DNA from: Piromyces finnis finn
Taxonomy: Eukaryota; Fungi; Neocallimastigomycota
DNA: 64,000 bases
Direction: 5' to 3'
Assembly (NCBI GenBank): GCA_002104945.1
Contig: MCFH01000001.1
Span: 1,550,001 to 1,614,000, forward strand
Positions 42,131 through 60,060 of this stretch are shown piece by piece (the first letter of the stretch is position 1; each line of letters starts with the position of its first letter). The notes under the pieces are model-generated. The model ran no database searches, was not told where the DNA came from, and saw only the letters and a program-made list of their open reading frames with translations. A program made the position numbers and the translations under genes.

Positions 42131-45100
42131 TTACTCTCCATTTCTGTTTAATATTTCAATAATTAAATTAATAGTATCATTATTAGAAATATCAAGATTA
42201 ACCTTTTTAACTTTTTCTATTAATATGCGATCTAAAAGTTTTCTGAGACCGTTCATTAATACTTTTTGAATTATAATTAAAAAAAAGAGTGAAAAATAAA
42301 GTTAAATGTTAATAATTCGATAGGTTATAATTTTATCCTATTAATAAACTATAATAATAATAATAATAATAATAAAAATAAAATGTATAATTAATAATAT
42401 TTTAAACTTACCAGAAATTCTTGGGAAGGCCTTAACATGGAAACAATTATCAATAGAAGCAATATTACCTTCTAAATCTGTTGAAATTTCACCACCAAAT
42501 AAAAAGATTGGGTAAGCAGAGACCATAGTTGAATCACGAACATAAGCTTTTGTGGTTTGAACCTTGTTGAAATAAAGAAGGAATCCATCTTCAAATTTAT
42601 TAACGGAAAAATTAACAGAACTTGGATGAATGAACAAACGTCCTAGTAATAATAGAAATAAGAAATAGAAATTTAATAATAAAGTTTTTTCTTTTTAAAG
42701 AAATAATTCTTATATATAATGCTTTAAAGACTGTATAGTTATATTAAATAAAAATTACCATCATTTTTGGAATAAAGTTTGATATTTTTGGCTTCGAAAT
42801 CTCTTGCAACGTTACCTTGTAAAGTTTCGATGTAGTTGGTTTCTGGATGCTTTACCTTTAAGATGTTTGGATACATACCTGCTACTAAGGCAGCCTTAAT
42901 AATTGGATATTCATCTGAATGCTTATTAACATTATCATTAATAAATCCAATATCCTAATATACATTATAAATTATTATTTTATTTTTAAAAAGAAAAAAA
43001 CATTAATATTGAAAGACAAGCACAATAATTTTATATATTTATTATTTATATATCGGTAATTATTTAAAATACCTTCAAGTTTTGGTAATACTGCTTCTTT
43101 AATGATAAAATTGTATAAAGTGTATTAATGGATAAAAAGTTCTATCATATTTTTAGAAATTATTAAAAAAAAAACAAAAAAAAAACAAATTCAATTTCAT
43201 ATTTGTCAATATATTATTAAATACTTTAATTGCTTATTTTATATAATATATTTATTTATACTTCTTCACAAAAGGCTCTTTCTTCACTTTTTGTTCCATT
43301 TTTATGAATTTCATACCATTGTCTGAAGGCATTATAGTCAGTTAATAAATCACTTTTTTCAATATCAAAATTTTTCTTAATCCTATTATTGTATATTATG
43401 GATAATGAAGTAGAAGGATACAAAAATAAAATTATTTTAATTAATAATCTATTGAATAATTGATATATTAAAATGAAAAGAAAAAGATATATACAAACAT
43501 ATATATATATTTTTACTCATTTTAACAAAAAAAAAAAAAAAAAAATATAAAATAAATTACATTTCAACTTCCTCACGATGATCAATTGGCATAACAAATG
43601 GACTTTTACAACTTAAAACAGAACAAATGGTAAGAATTGGGTCAATACATTGAAGAATACAACCATAAAGTAAAGTTTTACCGATTCTTAAATCAGCTGG
43701 AATAGTTGACATGTGATAGCCCATTGGTGTTAATTTTTCATTAGCATCTAATGCCTTAATTTCTTTAAGATTTTTAATGGACATATCAATATTTGCAAAA
43801 GCTGGTGGATCAATAGCCTATTAAATTGTATACATAAAAGTGTTATTAATCGGTATTATTGCCTAATTCTTAATTTTTATACTTTATAGAATTTATTTGA
43901 AAAAAAAATATTTACTTTAAGTAAGAAATCAACAACATCATTAATACCCATAGCTTTAATTTGAAGACAAAGTTGATCTAATGGTGTTCTTAAAATTTCT
44001 GGTTCTGTACTTTCTTGCATTAATACTTCTTCTGTACGATGAGTATATACCTTATAACAAGTACCAGGTTGTGTTCTACCAGCACGACCACGACGTTGTT
44101 TACAAGAAGCACGACTAGCCCATTCTTCAACTAAAGTCATCATAGATTGAGAAACATTGTATTTCATTTCCTTTACACGACCGGAATCAATAACATGAGT
44201 AATACCATCACTATTTTATTTAAAAAAAAAAAGGTTATTTATTTTTTTAATTTTAAAAAAGTAATATTATTAAATAATGTTATTAATATTTTATATATAA
44301 TTTACATGGTAACAGAAGTTTCGGCTACATTAGTAGAAACAATAACCTTTCTTTTATTGATATCCTTAAATACTCTGTACTGTTCAGTTGGTGTTAAGTT
44401 AGCGTGTAATGGTAAGACTTCTACATTAGGTATAAACATTCCCTTAATTGTTTCTATACATTTTCTTATTTCCATAACACCAGGTAAGAAAATTAAAATA
44501 TCCCCGGAGGAGTCTTTATTACAAATATATTCAACTACCTTTCCAATTAACTCATAATTAATAATATTAGCTGAAGTTTTCATGCTTTCTTTATCATATC
44601 TTTGAATTTTACGTAAGGTGTTAGAATTATAACCACGTGTAGAATAATATTTAGCCCACATTTCTTCATCTTCTTTAGTATTACTTTTCTCCTTTTTAGA
44701 TGGTTCGTATTTTGGTTCAAAATCAATGATTTCATAAATATCTTCCAAGTATCTGTTTTCATCATTCGTTATTTTATAATATTAAAAGTTTTAAATAATA
44801 TTATAAAAAACGTATATAAAATTATAATGTTTATAATATAAAAATATTCAGAGAAGAAATAGTATAAATATTAATATTTATATAAAGATATTAGAATACA
44901 AAAATTATGTTTTCATAAAGAATAAAGAAATATGTATTTTAATTAAAACTTACACATCTGTAACTGGATATGTTTTTCCTGGAATTTCAAAGATAGGTGC
45001 ATCGTTAAAGTAGGATGAAAAGAGTTCACTATTTAAGGTAGCTGACATTAAAATAACTTTTACATCTTTTCTACGATTAATCAATTCCTTAAGGAAAATA

Positions 45101-48100
45101 AGAAGAAAATCAGTATCAACATTTCTTTCGTGAACTTCATCTACAATAATATGACTAATAGAACTTAAATCTGGATCATTTAAAAGAATACGAAGTAAAA
45201 CACCCGTAGTGATAAAAGTAAGATGTGTATCACTAGATTGAACACTTTCACCTCTAATAATATAACCAACACCTTCACCAACTTCTTCATTACGTTCCTC
45301 AGCAACACGAGCAGCTAAAGATAAGGCACTAATACGACGAGGCTGAGTACAGAAAATATTACAAAGAGAACCTTTTCCATTTTTAATGTAATGATCCAAA
45401 ATAAATTGTGGAGTTTGAGTTGACTTACCACAACCCGTTTCACCACTAATAATGATAACTTGATTTTCTTCCAGACCTTCGATAATTGGGTTTTGATATT
45501 TGAAGGATGGCAATTTATTTCTATATTTTAACATATCAATATACTTTGGATCTTTTTCCTTTTCTTTAAATTGATTAAGAAGACGAGTATTGACTTCTGG
45601 ATCATTTTTAATTGCTCTTTTCTTCTTCTTTTTGGTTGCTTTTTTAGAGGTAATTTCACCAATATTCTTACTACTATCATTTGTTTTTTTACTACTAGTC
45701 TTCTTTTTGGTTGTGGAAACTTTCTTGTCATCGTATACGGTCAAAAGATTTGGTGGATGTTTAATAGTTTCGTCAATATTTTGTTCTAACCAATTAACTA
45801 AATCAAATACCATACATGATCCAAGCATAGTGCTAGCTAATTCACCAAGCTTTAACATTAGATGTCTTCGAATATAAAGAGGAATTTTATCATTCCATAC
45901 AGCAATTGCAGGAATTGAAAATGGGTAATTGCATGATTTTGGTATATGAATGTTTAGACGAGTTTCACCTTCAACTTTAATGTTAGATAATATAATAGAA
46001 AGAGTTTTTTCATTTGGCTGAGAAAATAATGAATCGTAGGTAGATTGAAGAACTAATATTTCATCATTGTTCATTTCTGTTATTTCTTCTTCAGTGTAAT
46101 CAGATTCCATACTAGTGATATCAACACCATTTTTTTTAATATAATCATAATAAAGATCAATCATTGTTTCATATTCATCATAGTTATATTTTTCTAATAA
46201 TTCTTCTGTTTTTTCTTGTAAATAACCCAAAGAAATAAGTCTTTTATACATATACTATATTTTATATAAAAGTATTTATGGAAGAAAATTATTTTTTTAT
46301 GAATTTATGTAATAATATATACTTTAATTGAAATGCTTTATTTATTCTTGAATGTATTTAATTATAGTTAATTAAAAATTAATAGTGTATGGTTTATAAT
46401 ACTTACTTCATTTTTGAGTGAGGTTGCTTTGGTGTTACGTTGAACAAGATTAATTTGAGAATTTGAAACTTTAGTTGCAAATTGTTCAGGTAATACTGAT
46501 AAATTTAAAAAATTGTAAAGAAGAAAAGAAGAGTTAAAAAAAAAAAAAAAAAAGAAATATGAAAATACGAATAACGAATGTGGTTAGAACAATATATTTG
46601 AATAAGAATGACAATAATATTATTTTATTATATATACCATCTTCTGGAAGATTTATAATTAACCAATTCAGAGTATCCTTGTAATTTGAAGTGAATTTTA
46701 AAGCTTCTCTAACATTAGCTTCTCTAAAACCTTTTTTCACTAATGCTCTAAAAATCTTTTTTCTGTCATGTGCATCTAATTCTCTTTCTTCTTCATCATC
46801 AGTGTTATTCTAAAAATATTTTTATAAATAATAATAATATTAAATATAATTATTAAAAACATTATGAAAATAAAAATTATAATTTTTATATATAGTGTTT
46901 GAAAGTGAAAGTATACTGATGATTTTCCAGTAGCAAACTCCGAGATATCTAATTTATTTTCTCTAATGATATCATCAATTTTTTGACGTAAATCGGATGA
47001 TATATGAAGCTTTGGAAGATTATCCCTTCTTTTTTGTTTTTCTTCTTTTCTTTTTTCATGTTCAGCAACCTTTTCATTCTTAATTTTTGCCAAAACATTA
47101 CGTGCTTCAAATGGATCAGCTAAATATAGATATGATTTGTCATTACCTTTATCTTTTTCTTCTTTTCTTTTGTCATCTAATTCATGCCAGTAATTTGCAT
47201 GATCAGGTGGCAATATTCTGTGCATTGGCATATGAGAATTAACACGATATAATGTATAGGTGGCACCTAATATAATTAAAAAATTATAAAAGAATTAATA
47301 TATATAAATAAACTTTTTTCAATGTATTATATAATCTTTAGATAATAATGTACTTACAATATTGCTTTGCTTCTTGTTCAGTATCACAAATTTTATCGCT
47401 TGAAAAAGTTACTCTACGATTTTCACCTGTTTTTGGATCTTTATTAAATAATGTAATATGACATTGAAATTTTCCTGAAGTCTTTAACTTTATAATATAT
47501 AAATTTAATATTTCATTTATTATTTAATGTAATTTAATATATATCTTTAAAACATATATTTAAAATTTGTCAATTTTTTTTTTTTTTTTTTTTATGATTA
47601 CATACTACATTCAATGAAGGTTTATTCCAGCCATTTTTTTGACAATGTTCATGAAGTAAAGACCTTTATAATATTTAAATTATATATTATAAAAATCATT
47701 GAAATTTCAAATTTTTTTATGATTTTTTTTTTTTAAAACCATATATTTGAATGAATGAATATATAATATATAATTTTAATTATTTTTATTATAATAACAG
47801 TAATAGTAATTACAATATAGTTAATGTCTATTATTTTGATATATTAATATATAATGAAATAAAAATATTATTGAAATTTAAATTCTAATGTTTATTTGAA
47901 TAAAGATTTAATTTATATGGAAATTAAATTGAAAGTTTATTTCTATATATATATTGTCTATATTTAAATCCTTGTATATATAATTATAAAATTTTGGTTT
48001 TTTAAATTAAAATGAAATTTACAATGGAGTTTTTCCTGTCCAACTACCAAAAAGCTTTTTTTTAGGTGTAATATTTTGTTGTGAATTATCATTGTTTTCC

Positions 48101-48309
48101 TTTTTTTTGTTTTTGTTTTTCCCCTTATTTTCCCCAATATCCTTTGTTGGTGTAGCGCTTTTTTTTGAACTGCTATGGTCTAAATTCAGTATATTGAAAT
48201 TAATAGGATTTTAATAAATTTGAACAATTTAATAATTTCATATATACAACTATTAATTAATATAGATTAATAAAATAATTTATTTATACAGACTTTTTCT
48301 TTTATCCAT
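42131..48309 (-). CDS. DExH-box RNA helicase, Ucp12/YLR419W/DHX57-like (UBA-like, RWD, helicase core, HA2, OB-fold), many introns
   Basis: FGSWTGKTP, LLHEHCQKNGW, MPMHRILPPDH, GETGCGKSTQ, TQPRRISA, DEVH, MSAT, IFLPG, STNVAETSVT, QRRGRAGR, PEILRTPL and FIHPSSVNF. The last exon ends RNGE*. The start exon MDKRKS is tentative. Confidence 0.9.
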
Positions 48310-50554
48310 TATTAATAGAACCTGTTCTTTATTATAATAAAAATAAAAAGAAATGATTCTATTATGGATGAATTATTTTTGAAATATATATTAATTGTTG
48401 CTTTAAATTTTTTTACAACATTTTAAATTTTAACTTCAATCTTTATTCATACATTTTAATACATTTTCTCCATAATATAAATATATCATGTACATTAATC
48501 GGTTTAAAATAAATAAATTAAAAATTTGGATAAAAAAATTTTTATTGAAGGTTTTGTGATTTTAAATTTTATGATTTGTGCTTCGATATATTAAAAAAGA
48601 AGACAAAAATCTATTTTTTAAAACTAGCATTTTTTACTATATATTAAATAAAACAAGTATATAAAATACATTTTTTTGTTTGAAAAGTGATATATATTAT
48701 CGTTTTTTATATTATTTACTTATTAAGTATTATACAGGCTAAATAATAATAAAAATAATAATAAATAAAAGTAATTGTAATTGCTTGTATTAACTTCGCA
48801 TTTATATTTGATTTTTTTTTATTTTTTAATTTAATTGTATAAATTCAAAAAGTCTGTATAACATAATAACAAAACATATAACAACATGATATAGTTTCGT
48901 GTAACACAAACTTTAATTTAAAATATTGAATGTTATATCCACAATATTTAAATTTTAATTATTATAAAATGGAAAAATTATTTAATATTTGAGATAATAA
49001 TAAATATGGAACAGAATTTATGGAAATATTTTTTAATTGATTTAAATAATTATAAAAAAAGGTATAATCATATATAACCAATAAAAGTATTTAAAATTAT
49101 TATTATAAACATTTTTATATATTGTTAAATGTTAATAACATATATGCTTTATATATTATTATTTTTTATGGTTATTATTCATTTTCATATATTTATCAAT
49201 TTAATATTAAACATCAATAAATAAAGTTTTTAATTTAATTTATAATATTATAAATAGATAGAATTAATTTGTTAATATATTATAAATGAAATTTATTATT
49301 GAAAACTTAATTTTTTATTATATTACAAATGATTGATCATTTCTGAAATTTCTAAAAAAAAGCAATATTTATTTTTATAATAATTAAATATAATATTTTA
49401 TATATTATATAAATCAATAATAATAATAAATAAGATTATATATATTATAAATTATAAATAGATTCAATTTGTGGTAATGTAATATAATATATACTAAATT
49501 TTAAAACATATCGAAGTAATATATTAAATAATATATTGTTATTTTTATATGTGTCAAATGTTTAAAACTATTATATATATGAAAAATAATATTATATATT
49601 ATATATATCATTTAATATAATTTCTATTTCTATTATTTATATTAATAAATAAGTAGATAAACAATAATTACTAATATATGAGAAAATCAAAATTAAATGA
49701 ATGTTAACTGTTGAAAATTTTAATTTATGATATACCAAAAGCAACAAAATTATTGTATTTTCAGCTTTAACATTTTTTTTTTTTTTGTCATTGAAACATC
49801 AAACATAATCTTTTTCATTATTTACAAGAAAGTTTAAAGCGGTTTTTGTAATTATTAAAATCTATTAATACAATGTCTATAGTAAAATTAAATTTATAAA
49901 AACAAACAAGCAAATAAAAATAAAAACAAAAATTAAATTAAATGAAACAAATAAAAGCATTATAAAATGTTTCGGAAGAAGTTAAACATTTATAGTTTAA
50001 TTTAAAAAAAGTGTTAATTAAAAAAAGTTAAAGAGATGTTTTATTACAAATTATATATTTTTTATTAGTTAATATAATATAATATAGAAAAAGATTATTG
50101 AAATATTATTTTAAATTTACAAAATAAACATTGTATAATGCAAATAAAATAATTTAATTTTGGAATAATGATTAACCTAAATTTTATATATATATTTTTA
50201 AAATTTAAGCAATGTTACAATATTGAGAAATAAATAATAAATCAATCAATCTTTTTTTTTTTTTTTTTTCAATTATATAAGAATAATAATAATAGATATT
50301 GATGAATTAACATTTTATAAACATATATCATAAATACTTATACTTAAAATGTTTTTTTTTAGGTAATATATTAAGTTAATCTAGAGATTTTATTAAAATA
50401 AACAATATTAAATTAAGGGTATATAAATTATTTTTTTTTTAAATAAACAATGCTATATTTAGTAATTTAAATTCTAATCATTTAGAAATTATTTAAATTT
50501 GATTTAATAATATAATATTATTATTTGAAATTAATTAAAAAGGAAAACAATACA

Positions 50555-54119
<3,565 letters not shown>

Positions 54120-54580
54120 TTCTCAAAAATAAAATAAAGAATTATAAAAATGTTTTTTCCTTTTTATCGATACTATTAATAATATTAACATTTAAAAAAG
54201 TAACATAATAACAATAAATCAAAATAAATCAAAAAAAAAAAAAAAACTATATAAATTAAGGTAAATAAAGTTTGTAATATTCAAAATTTATAGAATATAA
54301 GTCAAATCGATTAAAAGTATATATATACCAAAATAAATAATTTAAATATAATCTTTAACTGTTAATAATCATTAAATCATTAATCTATTACAATAAAATT
54401 ATAATATAAAGATATATCAATATAATAACATTAAATTAAGTATTATAAATTAATAATTCTATTGTTATTGATTACTTTATTTATAAAGAGAAATATCAAT
54501 AGATAAATAAGTAATAAATATAAAAAATAATATACATCAAATAATAAAAAATATTCAGTAAAAAAAAAAAATGTATTAAG

Positions 54581-54692
<112 letters not shown>

Positions 54693-54928
54693 GGTATTAT
54701 TAGTATTAAATGAATTATATAATTTAACTATTGTCAAATAATCATGTAAAAAAAAACAATATAAATATATTATATGGACAATGTATTTTTATTGGTTACT
54801 ATAAATTTAAAGATTTTTTTTAATAAATGAAGTAATTTTCAAAATATTAAGAGGTAATTTTTACACATTATATAGTTTTCTTTTTTGAAGAATTGCCAAT
54901 TTCAATTTCAATTTTAATTTCAATATTT

Positions 54929-54963
<35 letters not shown>

Positions 54964-54999
54964 AATATATTATAATTTTTTTAAATATTTTTTAGAAAT

Positions 55000-56518
55000 A
55001 TGACAGACGTAGTAGAAAGAAATCAAGTATTTTTTTTTTTTTTTTTTTTTTAACATATTATTAAAGTATTTTATAATAAAAAATAAACCGAATTTTTATA
55101 AATATGACTAATAATTTTTATTTGAATACATTATTTTTATAAATTTTATTAATAATTTACTTAAATATATCTATATAATCAAATTCCAATAAAATTTTAT
55201 AATAATAAAAATACTTAATAACACTGTATAAAGATTGTTAAATGCTCAAAAGCAATTCATGCTTATATTCAAAAGGAAAGATTAAATGGAAACAAAGACT
55301 ATTTAGATTTCTTAAAGTCAATATGGCTTGTCTTTGAATTAGATGAAATTTCAGAAACTCATAAATTTAAACCAGTATTAATGTAATAAATCTTTTGGAT
55401 TATTATATTATATAAATATTTTATTTAACTTTTGAATGTATAAAAACAAAATTACTTATTTATAATTTAAATTCAATACTTTGTATAATATATTTAATAT
55501 TTTTAATAAAATTATTAAAAAAAAAAAAAAAAAAATAGACCATTAAAACATACATTATATGATAAAGATTCGGAATTTTTCGTTATTACCAAGGACCCTC
55601 AAACAAAATATAAGGAAATGATTGAAAAGCAAAGAATTAATAAAATAACTAAAGTAACTATAAAATTTTAATATTAAATTCCCCCTTTTTATAATATATT
55701 TTACTAACAATTACAAATAAAATATTAATAATCAAAAATTTGCATATTATGAAAATTTGAATTATTATTATTATTTTTTTTTAAAAAGATTGTTGGTATA
55801 TCAAATCTTCGTACAAAATTAAGTGGTAAGGACGAAAGAGTTCAACTTTATAACGACTATGATGGTGTTTTTGCAGATGAAAAGATAATACATTTATTAC
55901 CAAAAGTTCTAGGTCCAGTCTTTTATAATAAAAAAAAGTAAAATTTAACAATATAGATTAAAAAAAAAAAAAAAACCCTATATAAATACTATAATATTAT
56001 TAAATTTTATAAAAATAAATTTTAAAATTTTAAAATTGTTTTATTATAATTATTATTATTATTCGATAATTTTAAAAATAATATTTATAATTAGACAACC
56101 AATGCCAATAAATTTAAAATCAAAAAATTTAATAAAAGAATTTGCTAATGCTATAAATTCAACTTATCTTTTATTAAAACACAAGGGTATAACGTACGTA
56201 ATTATTATTATCATCATTATTACCTATTAATAAAATCAAGTAAAATATTAAAAAAAAAAAAAAAAGATATAAATATTAATGTTTATAAAAATGTAATTTT
56301 GTTATTAAAACCAATTTATTATCAATGAAAATAGGTCTATCAAGGTAGCAACCACTGAATTTTCAGCAAAAGAAATTTTTGAAAATATTTCTTACGCTTT
56401 AGATAGAGTTGTTGCCGAAATACCTGGAGGTTATAAGTATATAAGATCAATTCGATTAAAGACAAGTGATTCTATTGCTCTTGTTATCTATAAAAGGCCA
56501 GAAAAAGATGATGATTAA
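55000..56518 (+). CDS. Ribosomal L1 domain-containing protein (RSL1D1/Cic1/Utp30 family), about 6 exons, largely missed by the ORF track
   Basis: Spliced exons MTDVVERNQ / IVKCSKAIHAYI..SIWLVF..KFKPVL / PLKHTLY..FVITKDPQTKYK / IVGISNLRTK..YDGVFADEKIIHLLPKVLG..FY / QPMPINL / SIKVAT..IFENI..IPGGYKYIRSIRLKTSDSIALVIY..*. Confidence 0.8.
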
Positions 56519-57669
56519 TGAAAATAAACTGTAGAATGTTATTATTATTATTATTCTAATATATTCATTAATAATGATGATTAAAAACATAATAAATATT
56601 ATGTGTTCATTTCAAAGGAACATAAATATATAATTATATATACATTTAAATTTTTATTTTTAATTTATTTATTTAAATAATAGAACTTTTATTCCAAATT
56701 TTAAAGTATAGAAAATAAGATAAATAAAGTAAATAATAATACTAGCTGTAATAATAGCTATAATCCAAATATCATAAAATATTTAAAAAAGTTAATTATT
56801 GTAATAAAAATAAATATTAATCATTGTGTTTTTTTTTTTTTTTTTTTTTTTTTTTATATATATTTTTTTATTTAATTTTTATTATAATTACATTAAAAAA
56901 TTATTATTTTATTTTTTACTTTTAATATTCATATTAAAATAAAATATATTATATTATATATATTTATATAAAAAAGAGTTCTAAAGTAATGGATTTAGTT
57001 TTGAATTATTACATCATTAGTAATTTATAAATATTATTAAAATTTCTTTTTTTTTTTTTTTTTTATTTTTTTTATATTAAAAATGTGGCTTAATTTCATA
57101 AACATTGTAACATAATAAAAAAAAGATAATTTTTTAAATATTTTTTTTTTTTTTTTAAAATATATTAAAAAGATAGCTAAATAGTAGGTAAATACTTTTT
57201 ATAATGGTTTGAAAAAAAAAAAAAAAAAATAAAATAAAACTATATTTAAAAGAAAGAAAAAAAAAAAATTAAAAATTTTGTTTTGTATATCTAAGTAAAA
57301 ATGATACTTTTTTTTTTTTAAAAAAAATACTTTCATTTTTAATTTGGTGTTATATTCTATTTAACTTTTATTTTTTTTTTCTTTTAATTAAATTTTGTAT
57401 TTTATTAAATACAATATATTATTAATAATAATAAAAATACAAAAATAATCAATAATTAAATAAAAGTGATTACTTATAATTTATTATATAAAATAATTAT
57501 TAAAAAAGATATAAAAATTAACAAGATAAATATGGATTATAATAAAAATATATATTAATTATTTATGGATTTATGGACTTTTTTTATGTTGGGTAAATTT
57601 ATAATTATAACATAATAGCAAATTATAAAATATAATAATATTTTGTAGGTTGGTCATATGGGTAATTGT

Positions 57670-60060
57670 TTAATCAATATATACAAGTACTACACAATAT
57701 GCTGCCATTGCAACAGACATTGCAGGTACAACAGCCCACATATTTAATCTTGCAAAATTTTCAAACCAATGTGTTGGATAAGGAATGCCTTTTCCATTTT
57801 TAGATAGTGAATCTGAATCTCTAGAATCATAATATGGTTGAGCTGAATAACGACGCTGTGATACACTATCACTTTCAGTAATTTCAAATGAATATCTAGA
57901 AGAATAATCATTTGACCATGATTGTGGTCTTACGTGACTATTGCGTTTGAATGAGTTTCTCTTTATTTTTGAGAGGTTATTTCCTAATGGTTTTTGAACC
58001 CATTCTTCATCCTCTAAAATAGAATCATTATTTTGAGAATCAATTTCACTGTTTGTTTCATTCATTGAAAAATCTACTGAGTGATCAATAAATTCATTGA
58101 CTAATGTACTATCCATCGAACGAATTTGACTACGACGAACATTCCTATTATAATTAGATGTTTCTGATATTGATGGGGAAGAATATTCTGACTTATAAGG
58201 AGAATTACTTTCTGATCTATATGGTGAACTTTGACTACTTCTTTCACCTTCTTCAGCAGTTCTATGTTTATTATTACCACTTACTCCTCTACTATAATCA
58301 ACCCACTTACCACTATTAGCAAACCAAACAACTTTTGGCACTACTAAACGATTAACTGTACAAAGTACAGATTGTCCAAAGGAATTCTTTGCTACTACAC
58401 GGCATATTAACCTATTCCATTGAATAAACCATTTTACCATTTGACGATGATATTCATTTGGCTTTGGTTGTAATCTCATATTTGTAACGACTTCGTTACC
58501 CATTAATCTGTAAGCCATTTCATTTGTGAGAGCTCTTGCGAAATGAGAATAACCAAATAATGGAATTAATCTTGCCATTGCTTGTAAAATAGCTTGAGTA
58601 AATCTTATAGCATTATCATCTAAAAACATACAACTTTCTGTGTTAATTAGTTGAGTTGCAGCAACCTCACCTTCTCTTAGTGATATAAGTGGATTATTTT
58701 GATTATCCACACCACAAAGCCAGGCAATGTATCTCCACAATAAAACATAGTCTTCCTTTTCTTCTTTTTCCATTCTAATACCAAAACCACGTTTCATTGC
58801 TGCTACACTTCCTAATGAAAGATAAAGTATTGTTCTAATTAAATCAGCTTGACTTACAGGTAACATTTCTTGGTATTGTTGCTCTTCCATTGAATCTAAT
58901 GGTGCATACTTTTGATCTATACCAGCATTTTGCATATTTTCTTCCAATGGTGTTGGCTCATTATTATTAATTCTTTCTTTCAATGTATTACGATAGTTTA
59001 ATCTGGCTAAAGCATGGGCACATCTAATTCTAACTGCAGTACTCCAACCAAAATTACCTGGTTTTAATGAATCTGGATACATGCATTCTAAAAGAAATTG
59101 ACTTGTTTCCAAAAGGCGTTGATTTGGTGTTTTATTATCATTTGGTGATGGAATAGGTAAAGTTGCTCCTCTAGTCATTGCATTTCCTATACATGATATC
59201 CATAATGGCCAAGCATAACGCCAAAATACTTTTTGACCATTTCTTATTTTTGTCCAATCAACCCAACTTGGAACCTCACATACTAATTCATGAAATTCCT
59301 TAGCTAATAAATGCTGTTTATATTCTAATGGTGTTCCCCATGTTCTACGTGAAACAACATGATGAATAATAATTGAAAGAGCATCTTGATATGGTCTTAT
59401 TTTTAATAATTCAACAACTGCATCAGCACGTTCATCTCCCTCATTACATAAATCAGTTTGATAAAATGGGGTATGCATTAAAGTTGACACTGGTGAAGAA
59501 GCAGGTATAGATGAATGTTCACTATAATTATCGGGTGAAAGGAAATTACTTGAATTTCTTTTATAATTTATTTGCTTAGTATTTATATTTGATAATGAAG
59601 AATGACGACTTCTTAAATTTGAGCTTGAAATATTTGTTTGTATGGTATCGTTACCACTTTCAATGGTATTATTAATATTTATTTGGAAAGGTTCCACACC
59701 ATCATCAGTATTAATAATTGTAATTTTGTTTGCTTGGAAAATCTGTTCATCAACATCATTATTTGTTGTATTATCAATGCTTGTTTCAAAGTTATCATAA
59801 TTATTTTCAATGGTATCTTCAATCATATTATTATTAATCATATCATTCATTTTGGAATCCATAACTTCTGATGTTATATCATTATATGTATTTTGGGTAT
59901 TTGGAATATTTGTATTTGATATAACTGGTGTTGTTACTGTTTCCAAATGCGATATTGATGAATTTTTTTCTTTTTCCAATGGAATTTTTGGTTCATTTTC
60001 ATCTATCATTGGTATTTGATTTTCAATTAAAAAATCTGAATTTGTATTAGAATCTTCCAT
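57670..60060 (-). CDS. Intronless DUF2236 / ER-bound oxygenase MpaB / rubber oxygenase (Lcp)-like protein with an acidic disordered N-terminus and a C-terminal hydrophobic anchor
   Basis: VPSWVDWTKIRNGQKVFWRY, RLLETSQF, GWSTAVRIRCAHALAR, PVSQADL and EDYVLLWRYIAWLCGV. The terminal segment is WAVVPAMSVAMAAYCVVLVY. Confidence 0.75.
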   Translation of the reverse strand: MEDSNTNSDFLIENQIPMIDENEPKIPLEKEKNSSISHLETVTTPVISNTNIPNTQNTYNDITSEVMDSKMNDMINNNMIEDTIENNYDNFETSIDNTTNNDVDEQIFQANKITIINTDDGVEPFQININNTIESGNDTIQTNISSSNLRSRHSSLSNINTKQINYKRNSSNFLSPDNYSEHSSIPASSPVSTLMHTPFYQTDLCNEGDERADAVVELLKIRPYQDALSIIIHHVVSRRTWGTPLEYKQHLLAKEFHELVCEVPSWVDWTKIRNGQKVFWRYAWPLWISCIGNAMTRGATLPIPSPNDNKTPNQRLLETSQFLLECMYPDSLKPGNFGWSTAVRIRCAHALARLNYRNTLKERINNNEPTPLEENMQNAGIDQKYAPLDSMEEQQYQEMLPVSQADLIRTILYLSLGSVAAMKRGFGIRMEKEEKEDYVLLWRYIAWLCGVDNQNNPLISLREGEVAATQLINTESCMFLDDNAIRFTQAILQAMARLIPLFGYSHFARALTNEMAYRLMGNEVVTNMRLQPKPNEYHRQMVKWFIQWNRLICRVVAKNSFGQSVLCTVNRLVVPKVVWFANSGKWVDYSRGVSGNNKHRTAEEGERSSQSSPYRSESNSPYKSEYSSPSISETSNYNRNVRRSQIRSMDSTLVNEFIDHSVDFSMNETNSEIDSQNNDSILEDEEWVQKPLGNNLSKIKRNSFKRNSHVRPQSWSNDYSSRYSFEITESDSVSQRRYSAQPYYDSRDSDSLSKNGKGIPYPTHWFENFARLNMWAVVPAMSVAMAAYCVVLVYID

